A stretch of DNA of 64,000 bases from Phocaeicola sp. (GTDB lineage: Bacteria; Bacteroidota; Bacteroidia; Bacteroidales; Bacteroidaceae): assembly GCA_020026175.1 (NCBI GenBank), contig JAHHQV010000004.1, positions 4,527-68,526 on the forward strand. The letters run 5' to 3'. The position numbers and the translations under genes were made by a program. Each line of letters starts with the position of its first letter. Positions within the stretch are counted from its first letter, which is position 1. Below the pieces are notes generated by a model. The model searched no databases and was not told where the DNA came from. It worked only from the letters and a program-made list of their open reading frames with translations. Positions 10,777 to 21,427 of the stretch are shown in pieces.

Positions 10777-11619
10777 ATGTCATACTTTAAGATACCATCG
10801 AAAGGACCTATAGGAGTGTTCGACTCAGGATATGGGGGACTTACTATACTGAAGGAAATAAAAAAACTCATGCCCGAATACGATTATCTGTATTTGGGAG
10901 ATAATGCACGCACACCTTATGGTACAAGGTCTTTTGAAGTTGTGTATGGATTTACATTGCAAGCCGTAAGAAAACTATTCGATATGGGCTGTCCTTTGGT
11001 AATATTGGCATGTAATACTGCATCGGCCAAAGCACTTAGAAGCATACAGCAGAAAGACCTGCCATATTTGGACAATACGCGCCGTGTGCTAGGCGTTATA
11101 CGCCCTACGGTAGAATGTATAGGAAATATGACTAAAACAAGACACATCGGAATTCTGGCTACTTCGGGCACTATAAAATCGGAGTCATATCCTATGGAGA
11201 TAAAGAAACTGTACCCCGACATCAGTGTTACCGGCATGGCATGCCCTATGTGGGTTCCGTTGGTAGAAAACAATGAATCAGACTCGGAAGGAGCTGATTA
11301 TTTCGTAAAAAAATATATAGGCAATCTGCTGGATAAAGACTCCGAGATAGATACCATCATACTGGGATGTACGCATTATCCCCTACTAATAAACAATATA
11401 AGACGATTTACACCGAATCATATTAAACTTATCACGCAGGGAGAATATGTAGCAGAGAGCCTGAAAAACTATCTGTACAGACATCCTGAAATAGAAGAGA
11501 GATGTATAAAAAAAGGCAGTTGCAATTTCATCACGACTGAATCTGTAGAAAAATTCAAGGAGTCGGCTTCGATATTTCTTCAGGAAGATATTGAGGTAAG
11601 GAGTGTTACTCTGGAGTAA
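10777..11619 (+). CDS. murI: Glutamate racemase
   Basis: IGVFDSGYGGLT, ILACNTAS, ILGCTHYP. Confidence 0.97.
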   Translation: MSYFKIPSKGPIGVFDSGYGGLTILKEIKKLMPEYDYLYLGDNARTPYGTRSFEVVYGFTLQAVRKLFDMGCPLVILACNTASAKALRSIQQKDLPYLDNTRRVLGVIRPTVECIGNMTKTRHIGILATSGTIKSESYPMEIKKLYPDISVTGMACPMWVPLVENNESDSEGADYFVKKYIGNLLDKDSEIDTIILGCTHYPLLINNIRRFTPNHIKLITQGEYVAESLKNYLYRHPEIEERCIKKGSCNFITTESVEKFKESASIFLQEDIEVRSVTLE

Positions 11620-11625
11620 GGTACA

Positions 11626-12852
11626 TCAGTCTAGAAGGCGGCGGCTGAGATACCTTACCGGATACCATACCGACAGAAATCCTACCACAATGACTGTAAC
11701 AAATACTGCTACCACATCCCATACATGAACACTTACGGGATATGCATCAACTATAAAATTGCCTGCATTGCCCAATGATATTATACCATATTCCTGTTGA
11801 AGCATGCATAATGCCAATCCTGCCACTACTCCAGCTACGGCTCCTATAAGTGTTATCATCCTTCCTTCAAAAAGAAATATCTTTATTATACAGTTGTCAT
11901 CGGCACCAAGGTTTCTTAATGTCTTAACATTTTCCTTTTTGTCCATTATAAGCATCGACAATGAACCTATGACATTAAAGCAGGCTATCATAAGTATAAA
12001 TGTAAGGAAAAGATATGATATGAGTTTCTCTATCTCCATAATACGGAAAGTATCTGCCTGTTGTTCATATCTGTCTTGAACGATGAAATCATTGCCGAGG
12101 ATAGAGTTTATCTTATTCTTGAAGTCCTCTTCATCGGCACTGTTTTTCAGTTTCAGATTGACAGAAGATACCTCTGTCGTATATTGGAAGAGTTTTCGGG
12201 CAAACTCAATAGATGTTATTATATATGACGAATCGTATTTCTCCTGATTTACGGTAAACGTAAGTCCCGAAGAGAACAAGCGACCCTTGACAAAGCTTGC
12301 TGCCGGATTTGCCGTATTGATTTTTGCACCACGCTTTGGTGCATATATTTCAAGAGGATCGAGAAATTTTATTCCAGAGCCCAAAGTAGACAACAACTGA
12401 AGACCTGGAATGGCATAATCTGCCACTTCATCGTGAAGCACAAGCTCGCCACGACCGAACAATATACTGTCAATAGGAGTAAGTCTATCGTAAGTCTCGT
12501 CTACCCCACGTATGACCGCCATTGCCTGACGGTCTTTGTATTGCACCATTGCATTGTCTTCTATAGCCTCTGTAAATACATCCACCTCGGACATATTCTT
12601 TATTTGCAGGATACGCTCATCCTGTCCGTCGAATACCTTGGCTTTTGCAGCCGTTATCTTAATCTGCGGATCGAAAGCCGTGAAGAATGTAGCTACCAAA
12701 TCCTTAAAGCCATTAAATACAGAAAGTGTGCAGACCATTGCCAATGTGGCCAATGAGACTCCGCACACAGATATACCGGAAATCACATTAATGGCATTAT
12801 GTGACTTCTTGGAAAACAGATACCTTCCAGCAATATAAAAAGGGAAATTCAC
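11626..12852 (-). CDS. LolC/E / FtsX-like ABC transporter permease
   Basis: FYIAGRYLFSKK start, LSVFNGF, FNVIGSLSM, TLRNLGA, four TM segments. Confidence 0.88.
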   Translation of the reverse strand: MNFPFYIAGRYLFSKKSHNAINVISGISVCGVSLATLAMVCTLSVFNGFKDLVATFFTAFDPQIKITAAKAKVFDGQDERILQIKNMSEVDVFTEAIEDNAMVQYKDRQAMAVIRGVDETYDRLTPIDSILFGRGELVLHDEVADYAIPGLQLLSTLGSGIKFLDPLEIYAPKRGAKINTANPAASFVKGRLFSSGLTFTVNQEKYDSSYIITSIEFARKLFQYTTEVSSVNLKLKNSADEEDFKNKINSILGNDFIVQDRYEQQADTFRIMEIEKLISYLFLTFILMIACFNVIGSLSMLIMDKKENVKTLRNLGADDNCIIKIFLFEGRMITLIGAVAGVVAGLALCMLQQEYGIISLGNAGNFIVDAYPVSVHVWDVVAVFVTVIVVGFLSVWYPVRYLSRRLLD

Positions 12853-12855
12853 TTG

Positions 12856-13191
12856 TTATTGTTTAAGAAGTTTATCTATCTTATCAGCATAGTCCAAAGA
12901 ATCGTCTACGAAAAACTTCAGTTCGGGAATGATACGCAACTGATGACGTACTCTATTACCCAATTCAAAACGAATGGCCTTTGAATTATCATTTATATTC
13001 TTTACTATCTCCTCTCCTCTTTCTGAGGGGAAAACACTTAAATAAGCACGTACATAACTCATATCCTGACTGATACGAACAATGCTTACAGATACCAGTA
13101 CACCTGTCATAGACTTGGTCTGCATCAAGAAAATCTCACTGAGTTCTTTCTGTATAAGTCTGGCTATCTTATTTTGTCTGGTTGTTTCCAT
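12856..13191 (-). CDS. rbfA: Ribosome-binding factor A
   Basis: RQNKIARLIQKELSEIF, LRIIPELKFFVDDS. Confidence 0.96.
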   Translation of the reverse strand: METTRQNKIARLIQKELSEIFLMQTKSMTGVLVSVSIVRISQDMSYVRAYLSVFPSERGEEIVKNINDNSKAIRFELGNRVRHQLRIIPELKFFVDDSLDYADKIDKLLKQ

Positions 13192-13207
13192 TATATAAAA
13201 AATATGA

Positions 13208-13849
13208 TTATTTCTTTCTTATGATTGTAAGTCCGTCACGCAATGGAAGAATCACTTTCTCCACTCTTTCATCGGCTGCCACCAAATCATTGAAATTCTT
13301 TATACCTATAGTCTGCAAATCAGTGTGGTGAGGTTTTTCCTCCAACACATGTCCATCCCACAAAGTATTGTCGGCAAGTATATATCCACCATGACGTAGT
13401 TTTTTAAGAATCATCTCGTAATATTCCACATAATAGCGCTTGTTACCATCCATAAATGCCATATCAAACACGATATCCATTTCGGGAACCATATCAAGAG
13501 CATCACCTATATAGAACCGTATTTTGTCGGTATAAGGAGAATTTTCAAGCCACGGCCGTGTAAAATCTTCTTGCTCGTCGTTTATCTCGAAAGTATGAAG
13601 CATGGCTCCTTCTTCCAGACCTTCGGCAAGACATAAGGCCGAATAACCGCTATAAGTTCCTATTTCCAAGATTTGCTTAGGGCGTATCATTTCTACAAAC
13701 ATCTTCAGCATACGTCCTTGCAGATGCCCTGAAGCCATACGGGGACGCAACAGTTTTACGTGCGTCGCCCTATATAATGCCTTCAAGTAATCTCCTTCCT
13801 CGTCAATATGGCGAAGTATATATTCGTCCAAAGCGTCCGTTTCCTTCAT
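13208..13849 (-). CDS. O-methyltransferase (family 3, YrrM/TrmR-like)
   Basis: ILEIGTYSGYS, ADNTLWDG, LPLRDGL. Confidence 0.9.
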   Translation of the reverse strand: MKETDALDEYILRHIDEEGDYLKALYRATHVKLLRPRMASGHLQGRMLKMFVEMIRPKQILEIGTYSGYSALCLAEGLEEGAMLHTFEINDEQEDFTRPWLENSPYTDKIRFYIGDALDMVPEMDIVFDMAFMDGNKRYYVEYYEMILKKLRHGGYILADNTLWDGHVLEEKPHHTDLQTIGIKNFNDLVAADERVEKVILPLRDGLTIIRKK

Positions 13850-13851
13850 AA

Positions 13852-15312
13852 TTAAAGATAACGGTTCTTATTTGGCAAAACGTAGTCTTCTGCATGGTCA
13901 AGAACATCCTTCACCTGATTGATTTCGAGGAATGAAGTCTTAGTACCTGCCTTACCACCACTTAGATATGCCACCATATCACTTTCAGAAAGTACTCCAT
14001 CGGCAAGAAGCTTGCGAAGAGCAGTAAAGTAATAATCCTGTCCGTTTGCTTTTTCTGGCATATAGATAGCTTCAACTCCATAAGAAAGAGCAAGATGACG
14101 CATTGTCTTTTCCTTGTAACAGATGGCCAATACAGGATATTTGCCACGATATGCAGCCAAGCTGCGAGCTGTAAGTCCGCTGAAACTGTCGGTAATGATA
14201 GCACGTATAGGCATCAGAGTAGTAGAACGTACTGCAGATTTAGCAAGGAATCCTGTAACATCTGCATTTTCCGGTGTAAGACGGATATGGATGTCGTTTT
14301 CTTCCATCTTGTCCTTTTCTGCCTGAGCAGCAATCTTAGCCATAGTCTTGACAGCTTCTACAGGGTATTTACCATATGCTGTTTCGCCGCTAAGCATCAA
14401 GGCATCTGTACGATAATAAATAGCATTAGCAATGTCTGTAACCTCAGCACGTGTAGGGCGAGGATTGTTTATCATTGTGTGAAGCATCTGTGTAGCAACG
14501 ATAACCGGTTTGCGGGCATGGATACACTTCTTGATAAGCTGACGCTGTATTCCAGGGATACGTTCTTGTGCAACTTCAATACCAAGGTCACCACGAGCTA
14601 CCATAACTCCGTCTGCAACTTCAAGTATTTCGTCTATATTGTCAACACCTTCCTGGTTTTCTATCTTTGCAATAATCTTTATGTCGCTATTATGAGCATC
14701 CAGAATTTCACGGATGTCGAGAACATCCTGACGGTTACGTACAAATGAGTGAGCGATGAAATCAATGTCCTTCTCTATAGCATAAAGGATATTGTTGCGA
14801 TCCTTTTCTGTCAAAGAAGGAAGATTGATACGTACTCCTGGTACATTCACACTTTTACGGCTGCCAAGTGTAGCATCATTCTGCACTTCACAGAACAATG
14901 TAGTCTCATTCTTGTCAACAACAAGAAGAGCCAACTCTCCATCGTCAATAAGAACAGAAGAACCTACCGACAAGTCTCTGACAAAATTTTTATAACTTAC
15001 AGCGATGCATCCTTTAGTTGTTTCCTGTTCAGGATTTCCTACAATCTGAACTTTGTCACCAATCTTATAATCAATCGGACCTTCAGCGCTGGCTGTTGTA
15101 CGCACTTCAGGACCTTTTGTATCCATCAAGATAGCAATACGATTTGAGACTTCACGCACATTTGCAATCAATTTCTCGAAACCTTCGCGGTTTGCATGAG
15201 CCGTATTCATACGTACAACATTCATGCCTGCATTAAAAAGGTCTCTGATAAAATCCACTTCACAGCGTAAATCTGAAATGGAAGCAACGATTTTTGTTTG
15301 TTTGAGCATCAT
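13852..15312 (-). CDS. pyk: Pyruvate kinase
   Basis: TKIVAS, DTKGPEVR, IIAKIEN, MVARGDLG, LMLSGETA. Confidence 0.98.
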   Translation of the reverse strand: MMLKQTKIVASISDLRCEVDFIRDLFNAGMNVVRMNTAHANREGFEKLIANVREVSNRIAILMDTKGPEVRTTASAEGPIDYKIGDKVQIVGNPEQETTKGCIAVSYKNFVRDLSVGSSVLIDDGELALLVVDKNETTLFCEVQNDATLGSRKSVNVPGVRINLPSLTEKDRNNILYAIEKDIDFIAHSFVRNRQDVLDIREILDAHNSDIKIIAKIENQEGVDNIDEILEVADGVMVARGDLGIEVAQERIPGIQRQLIKKCIHARKPVIVATQMLHTMINNPRPTRAEVTDIANAIYYRTDALMLSGETAYGKYPVEAVKTMAKIAAQAEKDKMEENDIHIRLTPENADVTGFLAKSAVRSTTLMPIRAIITDSFSGLTARSLAAYRGKYPVLAICYKEKTMRHLALSYGVEAIYMPEKANGQDYYFTALRKLLADGVLSESDMVAYLSGGKAGTKTSFLEINQVKDVLDHAEDYVLPNKNRYL

Positions 15313-15348
15313 AATTAAAATACTAACTAATATGTTATTATATTATTT

Positions 15349-15774
15349 TTACTTTTTAGAATTTAAAATAGCCTCTACGGCCAATCTATAAGAATCCAAT
15401 CCAAATCCGCATATAACACCTTTGCACGCACATGATATCATGGACTTGTGTCTGAATTCTTCTCTGGAATGAACATTTGAAATATGCACCTCAATAGTAG
15501 GAGTCGTCACAGCCCTTATCGCATCCTGCAACGCTATTGAAGTATGGGTATAGGCACCGGCATTAAGGATTATACCATCATATGAAAAACCGGTCTGATG
15601 AATTTTGTTTATCATTTCCCCCTCGATATTAGATTGGAAATAATCAAACTCAATATCAGGATAACGGCTCTTTAACTGACAGAAATAATCTTCAAATGAC
15701 ACAGCTCCATAAATGGAAGGTTCACGCTTACCCAATAAATTTATATTTGGGCCATTAATTATTTGTATCCGCAT
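15349..15774 (-). CDS. aroQ: Type II 3-dehydroquinate dehydratase
   Basis: INGPNINLLGKREP, YTHTSIAL, EVHISN. Confidence 0.97.
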   Translation of the reverse strand: MRIQIINGPNINLLGKREPSIYGAVSFEDYFCQLKSRYPDIEFDYFQSNIEGEMINKIHQTGFSYDGIILNAGAYTHTSIALQDAIRAVTTPTIEVHISNVHSREEFRHKSMISCACKGVICGFGLDSYRLAVEAILNSKK

Positions 15775-15797
15775 CGTTTATTATCTCTAAACTTTTA

Positions 15798-15826
15798 TAC
15801 CTTTGTGATAATATGGTGCAAATATA
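15798..15826. promoter_or_regulatory. Face-to-face -7 promoter elements for xerD (+) and aroQ (-)
   Basis: TACCTTTG on + at 15798-15805; TATATTTG on - at 15819-15826. Confidence 0.55.
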
Positions 15827-15835
15827 CGAAAAAGA

Positions 15836-16756
15836 ATGAATAAATCGGACAAAGACGGACAAATAATAACAAAATACAAGCAATATCTCAAGCTGGAAAA
15901 ATCTTTATCGAAAAATACTATAATGGCTTATATCAGTGATTTGGAAAAGCTCACTTCATATCTTGAAACAGAGGGGATAGACATTATGGATGTAAATCTG
16001 GATATTCTTGAGAATTTTTCTGCAAGTCTGAGGGATATAGGCATACATCCACGCTCACAAGCACGGATTCTTTCTGGTATAAGGTCGTTTTATCATTTTC
16101 TCACCATAGACGATTATATAAGGCAAGACCCTACGGAATTGCTTGAGTCTCCACAAATCGGGAAACATATACCTGACATATTAAACCTGAAAGAAATAGA
16201 TGCGCTTATAGGAGCAGTAGACAGAAGCACAAAAGAGGGACAAAGAAATTGCGCCATACTGGAAACTCTTTATAGCTGCGGGCTGCGTGTGTCAGAGTTA
16301 TGTAATCTGAAGATTTCGGACCTTTATCTGAACGAAGGATTTATAAAAGTTGACGGAAAAGGGAGCAAGCAAAGGCTTGTGCCAATTTCGGATAAAGCAA
16401 TAAACGAAATAAAGAACTACTTTATATACAGGAATGAAGGACTGATCAAATCGGGATATGAGGATTATGTATTCATAAGCAGATTCGGCAAAAACATTTC
16501 CAGAATAATGGTTTTTCATATAATAAAGGAACTGGCAGAGGCAATAGAACTACAGAAAAACATAAGTCCACACACATTCAGACATTCGTTTGCCACGCAT
16601 CTGCTAGAAGGAGGAGCAAACTTAAGAGCAATACAAAGCATGCTGGGACACGAATGTATAGGAACAACAGAGATTTATACACACATAGACAAAAACAAAC
16701 TTAGAAGTGAAATAATAAACCACCATCCGAGAAACATGAAAAAATATGGCCAATAA
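15836..16756 (+). CDS. xerD: Site-specific tyrosine recombinase XerD
   Basis: LYSCGLRVSEL, GKGSKQR, SPHTFRHSFATHLLEGGA, LGH..TTEIYTH, HHPR end. Confidence 0.9.
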   Translation: MNKSDKDGQIITKYKQYLKLEKSLSKNTIMAYISDLEKLTSYLETEGIDIMDVNLDILENFSASLRDIGIHPRSQARILSGIRSFYHFLTIDDYIRQDPTELLESPQIGKHIPDILNLKEIDALIGAVDRSTKEGQRNCAILETLYSCGLRVSELCNLKISDLYLNEGFIKVDGKGSKQRLVPISDKAINEIKNYFIYRNEGLIKSGYEDYVFISRFGKNISRIMVFHIIKELAEAIELQKNISPHTFRHSFATHLLEGGANLRAIQSMLGHECIGTTEIYTHIDKNKLRSEIINHHPRNMKKYGQ

Positions 16757-17015
16757 TCATGAATCAATACCATATACAACGCTCATAAGCAAAAAGACTC
16801 TCATATTGCTTTCATCGCAAAAAAGTACAGAATATATTACAAAAGTAACCACAATCTCCCCAAAAAACAGACTAAATGATATTCTATATACAATTTTAAT
16901 ACAAATACACGCAAAAAAAAGAGCTCAAAATGAGTATCCGTATATTTTTTTTGTATCTTTGTCACAACATATTTGCAAAATTATCAAACTATTATAAAAC
17001 CTAATTTTAAGAATC

Positions 17016-18689
17016 ATGATTAAGAAGTTGTATTTGCCTCTAGTGGCATTGTTAGTTCTTGCTTTCTCTTCATGTGGCAAGATGGGAGAATTGTCTCCAG
17101 AATACTTCACAACAAACCCTGAAGTATTAGAAGCTATCGGTGGTAAAGTTCCTGTTACAATCACAGGTAAATTTCCAGAAAAGTATTTTAAGAAAAATGC
17201 AACAGTAGAAGTTACTCCAGTCTTGAGATGGGAAGGCGGCGAAGCAAAAGGTCAGCCGGCATCATTCCAGGGAGAAAAAGTTCAAGGTAACGACCAGGCT
17301 ATTTCTTACAAGGCAGGCGGTACTTATACAATGAAAGCTTCTTTCGACTATGTTCCAGAAATGGCTAAATCTGAACTTTATCTTGATTTCAAGATTAAAA
17401 AAGGTAAAAAAACATACACTATACCATCTGTAAAAATTGCTGACGGTGTTATCGCTACTTCAGAACTTCCAACTGTCTCTTCAGCAAACGCCGCTTATGG
17501 TGCTGACGCTTTCGAACGTATCATCAAACAGGCTAAAGAAGCTCAGATTATGTTCTTGATCCAGCAGGCCAACCTTCGTTCTAGCGAACTGAAGGCTGAA
17601 GGAATGAAAGACTTCCACAAACAGGTTGCTATCGTTGCTGGTGATGCAAAGAACTACAAACTTAACAAAATCGAAGTTTCTGCTTACGCTTCTCCAGACG
17701 GTGGTCTAGAATTGAACGAAGGATTGGCTGAAAGACGTCAGGAAAACACTGCAAAATACATGAACCAGCAGTTGAAGAAAGGTAAGATTGAAACTAACGT
17801 AGATACTAAATATACTGCTCAGGACTGGGAAGGTTTCCAGGAATTGGTTTCTAAATCAAACATACAGGACAAAGATCTTATCTTGAGAGTTCTTTCTATG
17901 TATCAGGATCCAGAACAGCGCGAAACAGAAATCAAAAACATCTCTTCTGTTTACAAAACTTTGGCTGACGAAATCCTTCCTCAGTTGCGTCGTGCTAGAT
18001 TGACTGCAAACTATGACGTAATAGGACGTAGCGACGAAGAACTTAATGCTGCTTTCGATAGCGATGCTTCTGTTTTGAACGTAGAAGAATTGCTTTATAC
18101 AGCTACTTTGACAAACGACAACGCCCGCAAAGAAGCTATCTACAAGAAAACTATCGAAATGTATCCTAACGACTACCGTGCATACAACAACCTTGGTATG
18201 ATGGCTTATGCTACTGATAAGGCTAAAGCTACTGAATACTTCAAACAGGCTGCAAGCAAAAATGCAAACGCTCCTGAAGTCAACACTAACCTTGGTTTGA
18301 TTGAACTTAACAACGGCAACGTAGCTAACGCTGAAACTTATCTTGCTAAGTCTACAGGTGCAAACACTGCTGACGAAGCTCTTGGTAACTTGTATATCAA
18401 ACAGGGTGAATATGACAAGGCTGTAGCTGCATTCGGTGATACTAAATCAAACTCTGCTGCTTTGGCTCAGATTCTTGCAAAAGACTACAACAAAGCTAAA
18501 TCAACTCTTACTGCTGTTAAGAACGCTGATGTTTACACTGACTATTTGATGGCTATCGTTGGTGCTAGAACTAACAATGCTGACTTGGTTAAGACAAGCA
18601 TGGCTAAAGTTGCACAGAAAGATGCTACTCTTGCTGCAAAAGCTGCAAACGACCGTGAATTTGCAAAGTATGCAAATGAAATCAAATAA
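17016..18689 (+). CDS. TPR-containing lipoprotein with OmpA-like domain
   Basis: Lipobox FSSC; SAYASPDG...NEGLAERR OmpA-like motif; TPR repeats (AYNNLG); strongly biased codon usage. Confidence 0.75.
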   Translation: MIKKLYLPLVALLVLAFSSCGKMGELSPEYFTTNPEVLEAIGGKVPVTITGKFPEKYFKKNATVEVTPVLRWEGGEAKGQPASFQGEKVQGNDQAISYKAGGTYTMKASFDYVPEMAKSELYLDFKIKKGKKTYTIPSVKIADGVIATSELPTVSSANAAYGADAFERIIKQAKEAQIMFLIQQANLRSSELKAEGMKDFHKQVAIVAGDAKNYKLNKIEVSAYASPDGGLELNEGLAERRQENTAKYMNQQLKKGKIETNVDTKYTAQDWEGFQELVSKSNIQDKDLILRVLSMYQDPEQRETEIKNISSVYKTLADEILPQLRRARLTANYDVIGRSDEELNAAFDSDASVLNVEELLYTATLTNDNARKEAIYKKTIEMYPNDYRAYNNLGMMAYATDKAKATEYFKQAASKNANAPEVNTNLGLIELNNGNVANAETYLAKSTGANTADEALGNLYIKQGEYDKAVAAFGDTKSNSAALAQILAKDYNKAKSTLTAVKNADVYTDYLMAIVGARTNNADLVKTSMAKVAQKDATLAAKAANDREFAKYANEIK

Positions 18690-18717
18690 GATTTAGTCAA
18701 CAAACTAATCATATTAT

Positions 18718-18749
18718 AGAGGGTTGGAAAATTCCAGCCCTCTTTTTTT
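18718..18749 (+). terminator. Intrinsic terminator
   Basis: AGAGGGTTGGAA / TTCCAGCCCTCT + T-run. Confidence 0.85.
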
Positions 18750-18810
18750 GTATCTAAAACAAGGCTATTACATCTTTTTTATGTATTTTCGCAAAAACAA
18801 TATATCATTT

Positions 18811-19824
18811 ATGAAGGGATTAGTCAAGTTAATATCAGTATGTTTACTTATAAGTATAGTTTCCTGTAAAGGGAATAATGAATTTACATTATCAGGAGAA
18901 TTGAATAACAAAAAAGAAAAAAGTATATATGCCATATACGATGACCCTATAGCAAAAGTTGATACTATATCAGTAATAGATGGAGAGTTTGAATATAAAT
19001 TCAATCCTGACACTATTACTATATTACGTCTTATCAACGATTCGGGTATAGTTGTACCAATATTTGCAGACAAAGGATGGGAAGTAAAATTCAAAGGGAG
19101 CTTTGCTAATCCTAACATTACAGGAAATGGTCCGAACAATGATATGCAGAAATTCAGAAATACAATAAAAAACATAAGCGATTCTGTTTCTTTGCATAAT
19201 ACTATAAAGACATTTATCATGGGAAACAGACAATCTTATGCTTCCGCATATATAATAAATGATTTTTTCATACAACATGACAATCCCGAAATAGAAGAAA
19301 TAGAAGCCTTGACAACTCAGCTAGACGGACATGTGAAGGACTGTAGAATTATTGATGTAATACAAAGAAGCATATCTGAAAACAAGAACAAGACCAAATC
19401 AGAATATATCAATTACTTTTCAAGCAAGGACAGAAATGGTAAATATGTTTCGTGGTCTAGTAAAAATGAATGTTATACATTAGTAAACTTTTGGGCTTCA
19501 TGGAATGAAAACAGCAAAAGACTTAGAGACAGCCTATACAAACAAACGAAACTTCTTCCAAAAGACAAATTCAGAGTCCTGAACATATCACTTGATTTCG
19601 ACAAAAAAGAATGGAACAAATTGTGCAAAAAAGAAAATGAACAATGGATTGAGACTTGTGACTTTAAAGGATGGAAAAATCAAGTTGTGGAACAAATGAA
19701 AATAGCAGATATACCATATAATATCCTTGTAACAAACAATCGTAAAATAATAGGAATATCTTTATTTGGCGATGAACTTATAGATAAACTAAAAACACTT
19801 GTAGAAAAAGACAAGGACAAATAA
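18811..19824 (+). CDS. DUF4369/TlpA-like thioredoxin-fold lipoprotein (no CxxC)
   Basis: Lipobox IVSC; LVNFWASW, LNISLD, IPYNILV motifs. Confidence 0.8.
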   Translation: MKGLVKLISVCLLISIVSCKGNNEFTLSGELNNKKEKSIYAIYDDPIAKVDTISVIDGEFEYKFNPDTITILRLINDSGIVVPIFADKGWEVKFKGSFANPNITGNGPNNDMQKFRNTIKNISDSVSLHNTIKTFIMGNRQSYASAYIINDFFIQHDNPEIEEIEALTTQLDGHVKDCRIIDVIQRSISENKNKTKSEYINYFSSKDRNGKYVSWSSKNECYTLVNFWASWNENSKRLRDSLYKQTKLLPKDKFRVLNISLDFDKKEWNKLCKKENEQWIETCDFKGWKNQVVEQMKIADIPYNILVTNNRKIIGISLFGDELIDKLKTLVEKDKDK

Positions 19825-19877
19825 GATTTAGAAAGCACAATATGACCTTTTAACTAATCAATAAAAAAACCAAATAA

Positions 19878-21416
19878 ATGCTAGTAAAACTTTTTGGAGC
19901 AGCAGTACAGGGTATTGATGCCACCATCGTCACTATAGAAGTAAACAGTTCAAGAGGAATAAAGTTTTTTCTTGTAGGGCTACCAGACTCTGCTGTAAAA
20001 GAAAGCCATGAGAGAATTATGTCAGCACTTCAGGTAAATGGATATAAGATTCCTACATCACAAATTGTAGTGAATATGGCTCCTGCCGACATAAGGAAAG
20101 AAGGTTCATCCTATGACTTGCCTTTGGCTATAGGAGTTATGGCTGCAACAGGGCTCGTCTCGCCTGAAAAACTTAACAAATACATGATCATAGGTGAACT
20201 TAGTCTGGATGGCAGTCTGCAACCAATAAAGGGAGCATTACCTATAGCCATTGCAGCACGTGCCCAAGGGTTTGAAGGACTAATACTTCCAAGACAAAAT
20301 GCCAAAGAAGCTGCCGTAGTAAACAATCTGAAAGCATATGGTGCAGATAATCTGACAGAAGTCGTTGATTTCTTTAATGACAAAGCATCACTTACGCCAA
20401 CTATAGTAAACACACGCGAAGAGTTTTACAAGAATCAATGTGAATTTAAGTTTGACTTTGAAGATGTAAAAGGTCAGGAAAATGTAAAAAGAGCACTCGA
20501 AGTTGCTGCTGCCGGAGGACACAACATCATAATGATAGGAGCTCCAGGAAGTGGAAAATCAATGATGGCAAAACGTCTGCCAGGAATCCTGCCTCCACTT
20601 TCATTATCAGAAAGCCTTGAAACAACAAAGATACACTCAGTAGCAGGAAAGTTGGGTAAAGACATATCATTAATACCAACACGACCTTTCAGAAGTCCAC
20701 ACCATACTATCTCACAAATTGCAATGGTAGGAGGAGGAGCAAATCCACAACCTGGAGAAATCAGTCTAGCACATAATGGAGTACTTTTCCTTGATGAACT
20801 GCCGGAATTCAACAGAAATGTGTTAGAAGTACTAAGACAACCATTAGAAGACCGCCACATAACTATTTCAAGAGCCAAATACTCACTAGACTATCCTGCC
20901 GGATTCATGCTTGTGGCTTCTATGAATCCATGTCCTTGCGGCTATTACAATCATCCCACACGTAATTGCGTATGTTCTCCAGGACAGGTTCAACGTTATC
21001 TGAACAGAATTTCAGGTCCTCTTCTGGACAGAATAGATATACAGATAGAAATAGTGCCTGTTCCATTCGAAAAAATCTCAGAACCCTCAAAAGGCGAAAG
21101 TAGTGCATCCATAAGAGAAAGGGTAATTAAAGCACGAAAGATACAGGAAAAAAGATTCTTGAATGAAAAAGGAATATATTGTAACGCACAAATGAGTAGC
21201 AGGCTGCTGCACATTTATGCACAGCCAGATGATAAAGGACTTATACTATTGAAGAATGCCATGTCGAGACTGAATCTATCAGCCAGGGCTTACGACAGAA
21301 TATTAAAAGTATCAAGAACAATAGCCGACCTTGAAGGAAGTGAAAATATTCAGGCATCACACATAGCAGAAGCTATAAGCTATAGAAACCTTGACAGAGA
21401 GAATTGGGCAGGATAG
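19878..21416 (+). CDS. comM: YifB/ComM Mg-chelatase-like AAA+ ATPase
   Basis: VGLPDSAVKES, GAPGSGKS, LFLDELPEF, MNPCPCG, LLDRID. Confidence 0.92.
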   Translation: MLVKLFGAAVQGIDATIVTIEVNSSRGIKFFLVGLPDSAVKESHERIMSALQVNGYKIPTSQIVVNMAPADIRKEGSSYDLPLAIGVMAATGLVSPEKLNKYMIIGELSLDGSLQPIKGALPIAIAARAQGFEGLILPRQNAKEAAVVNNLKAYGADNLTEVVDFFNDKASLTPTIVNTREEFYKNQCEFKFDFEDVKGQENVKRALEVAAAGGHNIIMIGAPGSGKSMMAKRLPGILPPLSLSESLETTKIHSVAGKLGKDISLIPTRPFRSPHHTISQIAMVGGGANPQPGEISLAHNGVLFLDELPEFNRNVLEVLRQPLEDRHITISRAKYSLDYPAGFMLVASMNPCPCGYYNHPTRNCVCSPGQVQRYLNRISGPLLDRIDIQIEIVPVPFEKISEPSKGESSASIRERVIKARKIQEKRFLNEKGIYCNAQMSSRLLHIYAQPDDKGLILLKNAMSRLNLSARAYDRILKVSRTIADLEGSENIQASHIAEAISYRNLDRENWAG

Positions 21417-21427
21417 TATTTATCCTG

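Noticed and set aside
15836..16756. Phage/ICE integrase or invertase
   Set aside because: Canonical XerD motifs in a housekeeping context; no att sites or invertible repeats seen.
16746..16997. 83-aa ORF after xerD
   Set aside because: AT-rich, overlaps the promoter region of the next gene (TATCTTTG at 16954), and has no motif.
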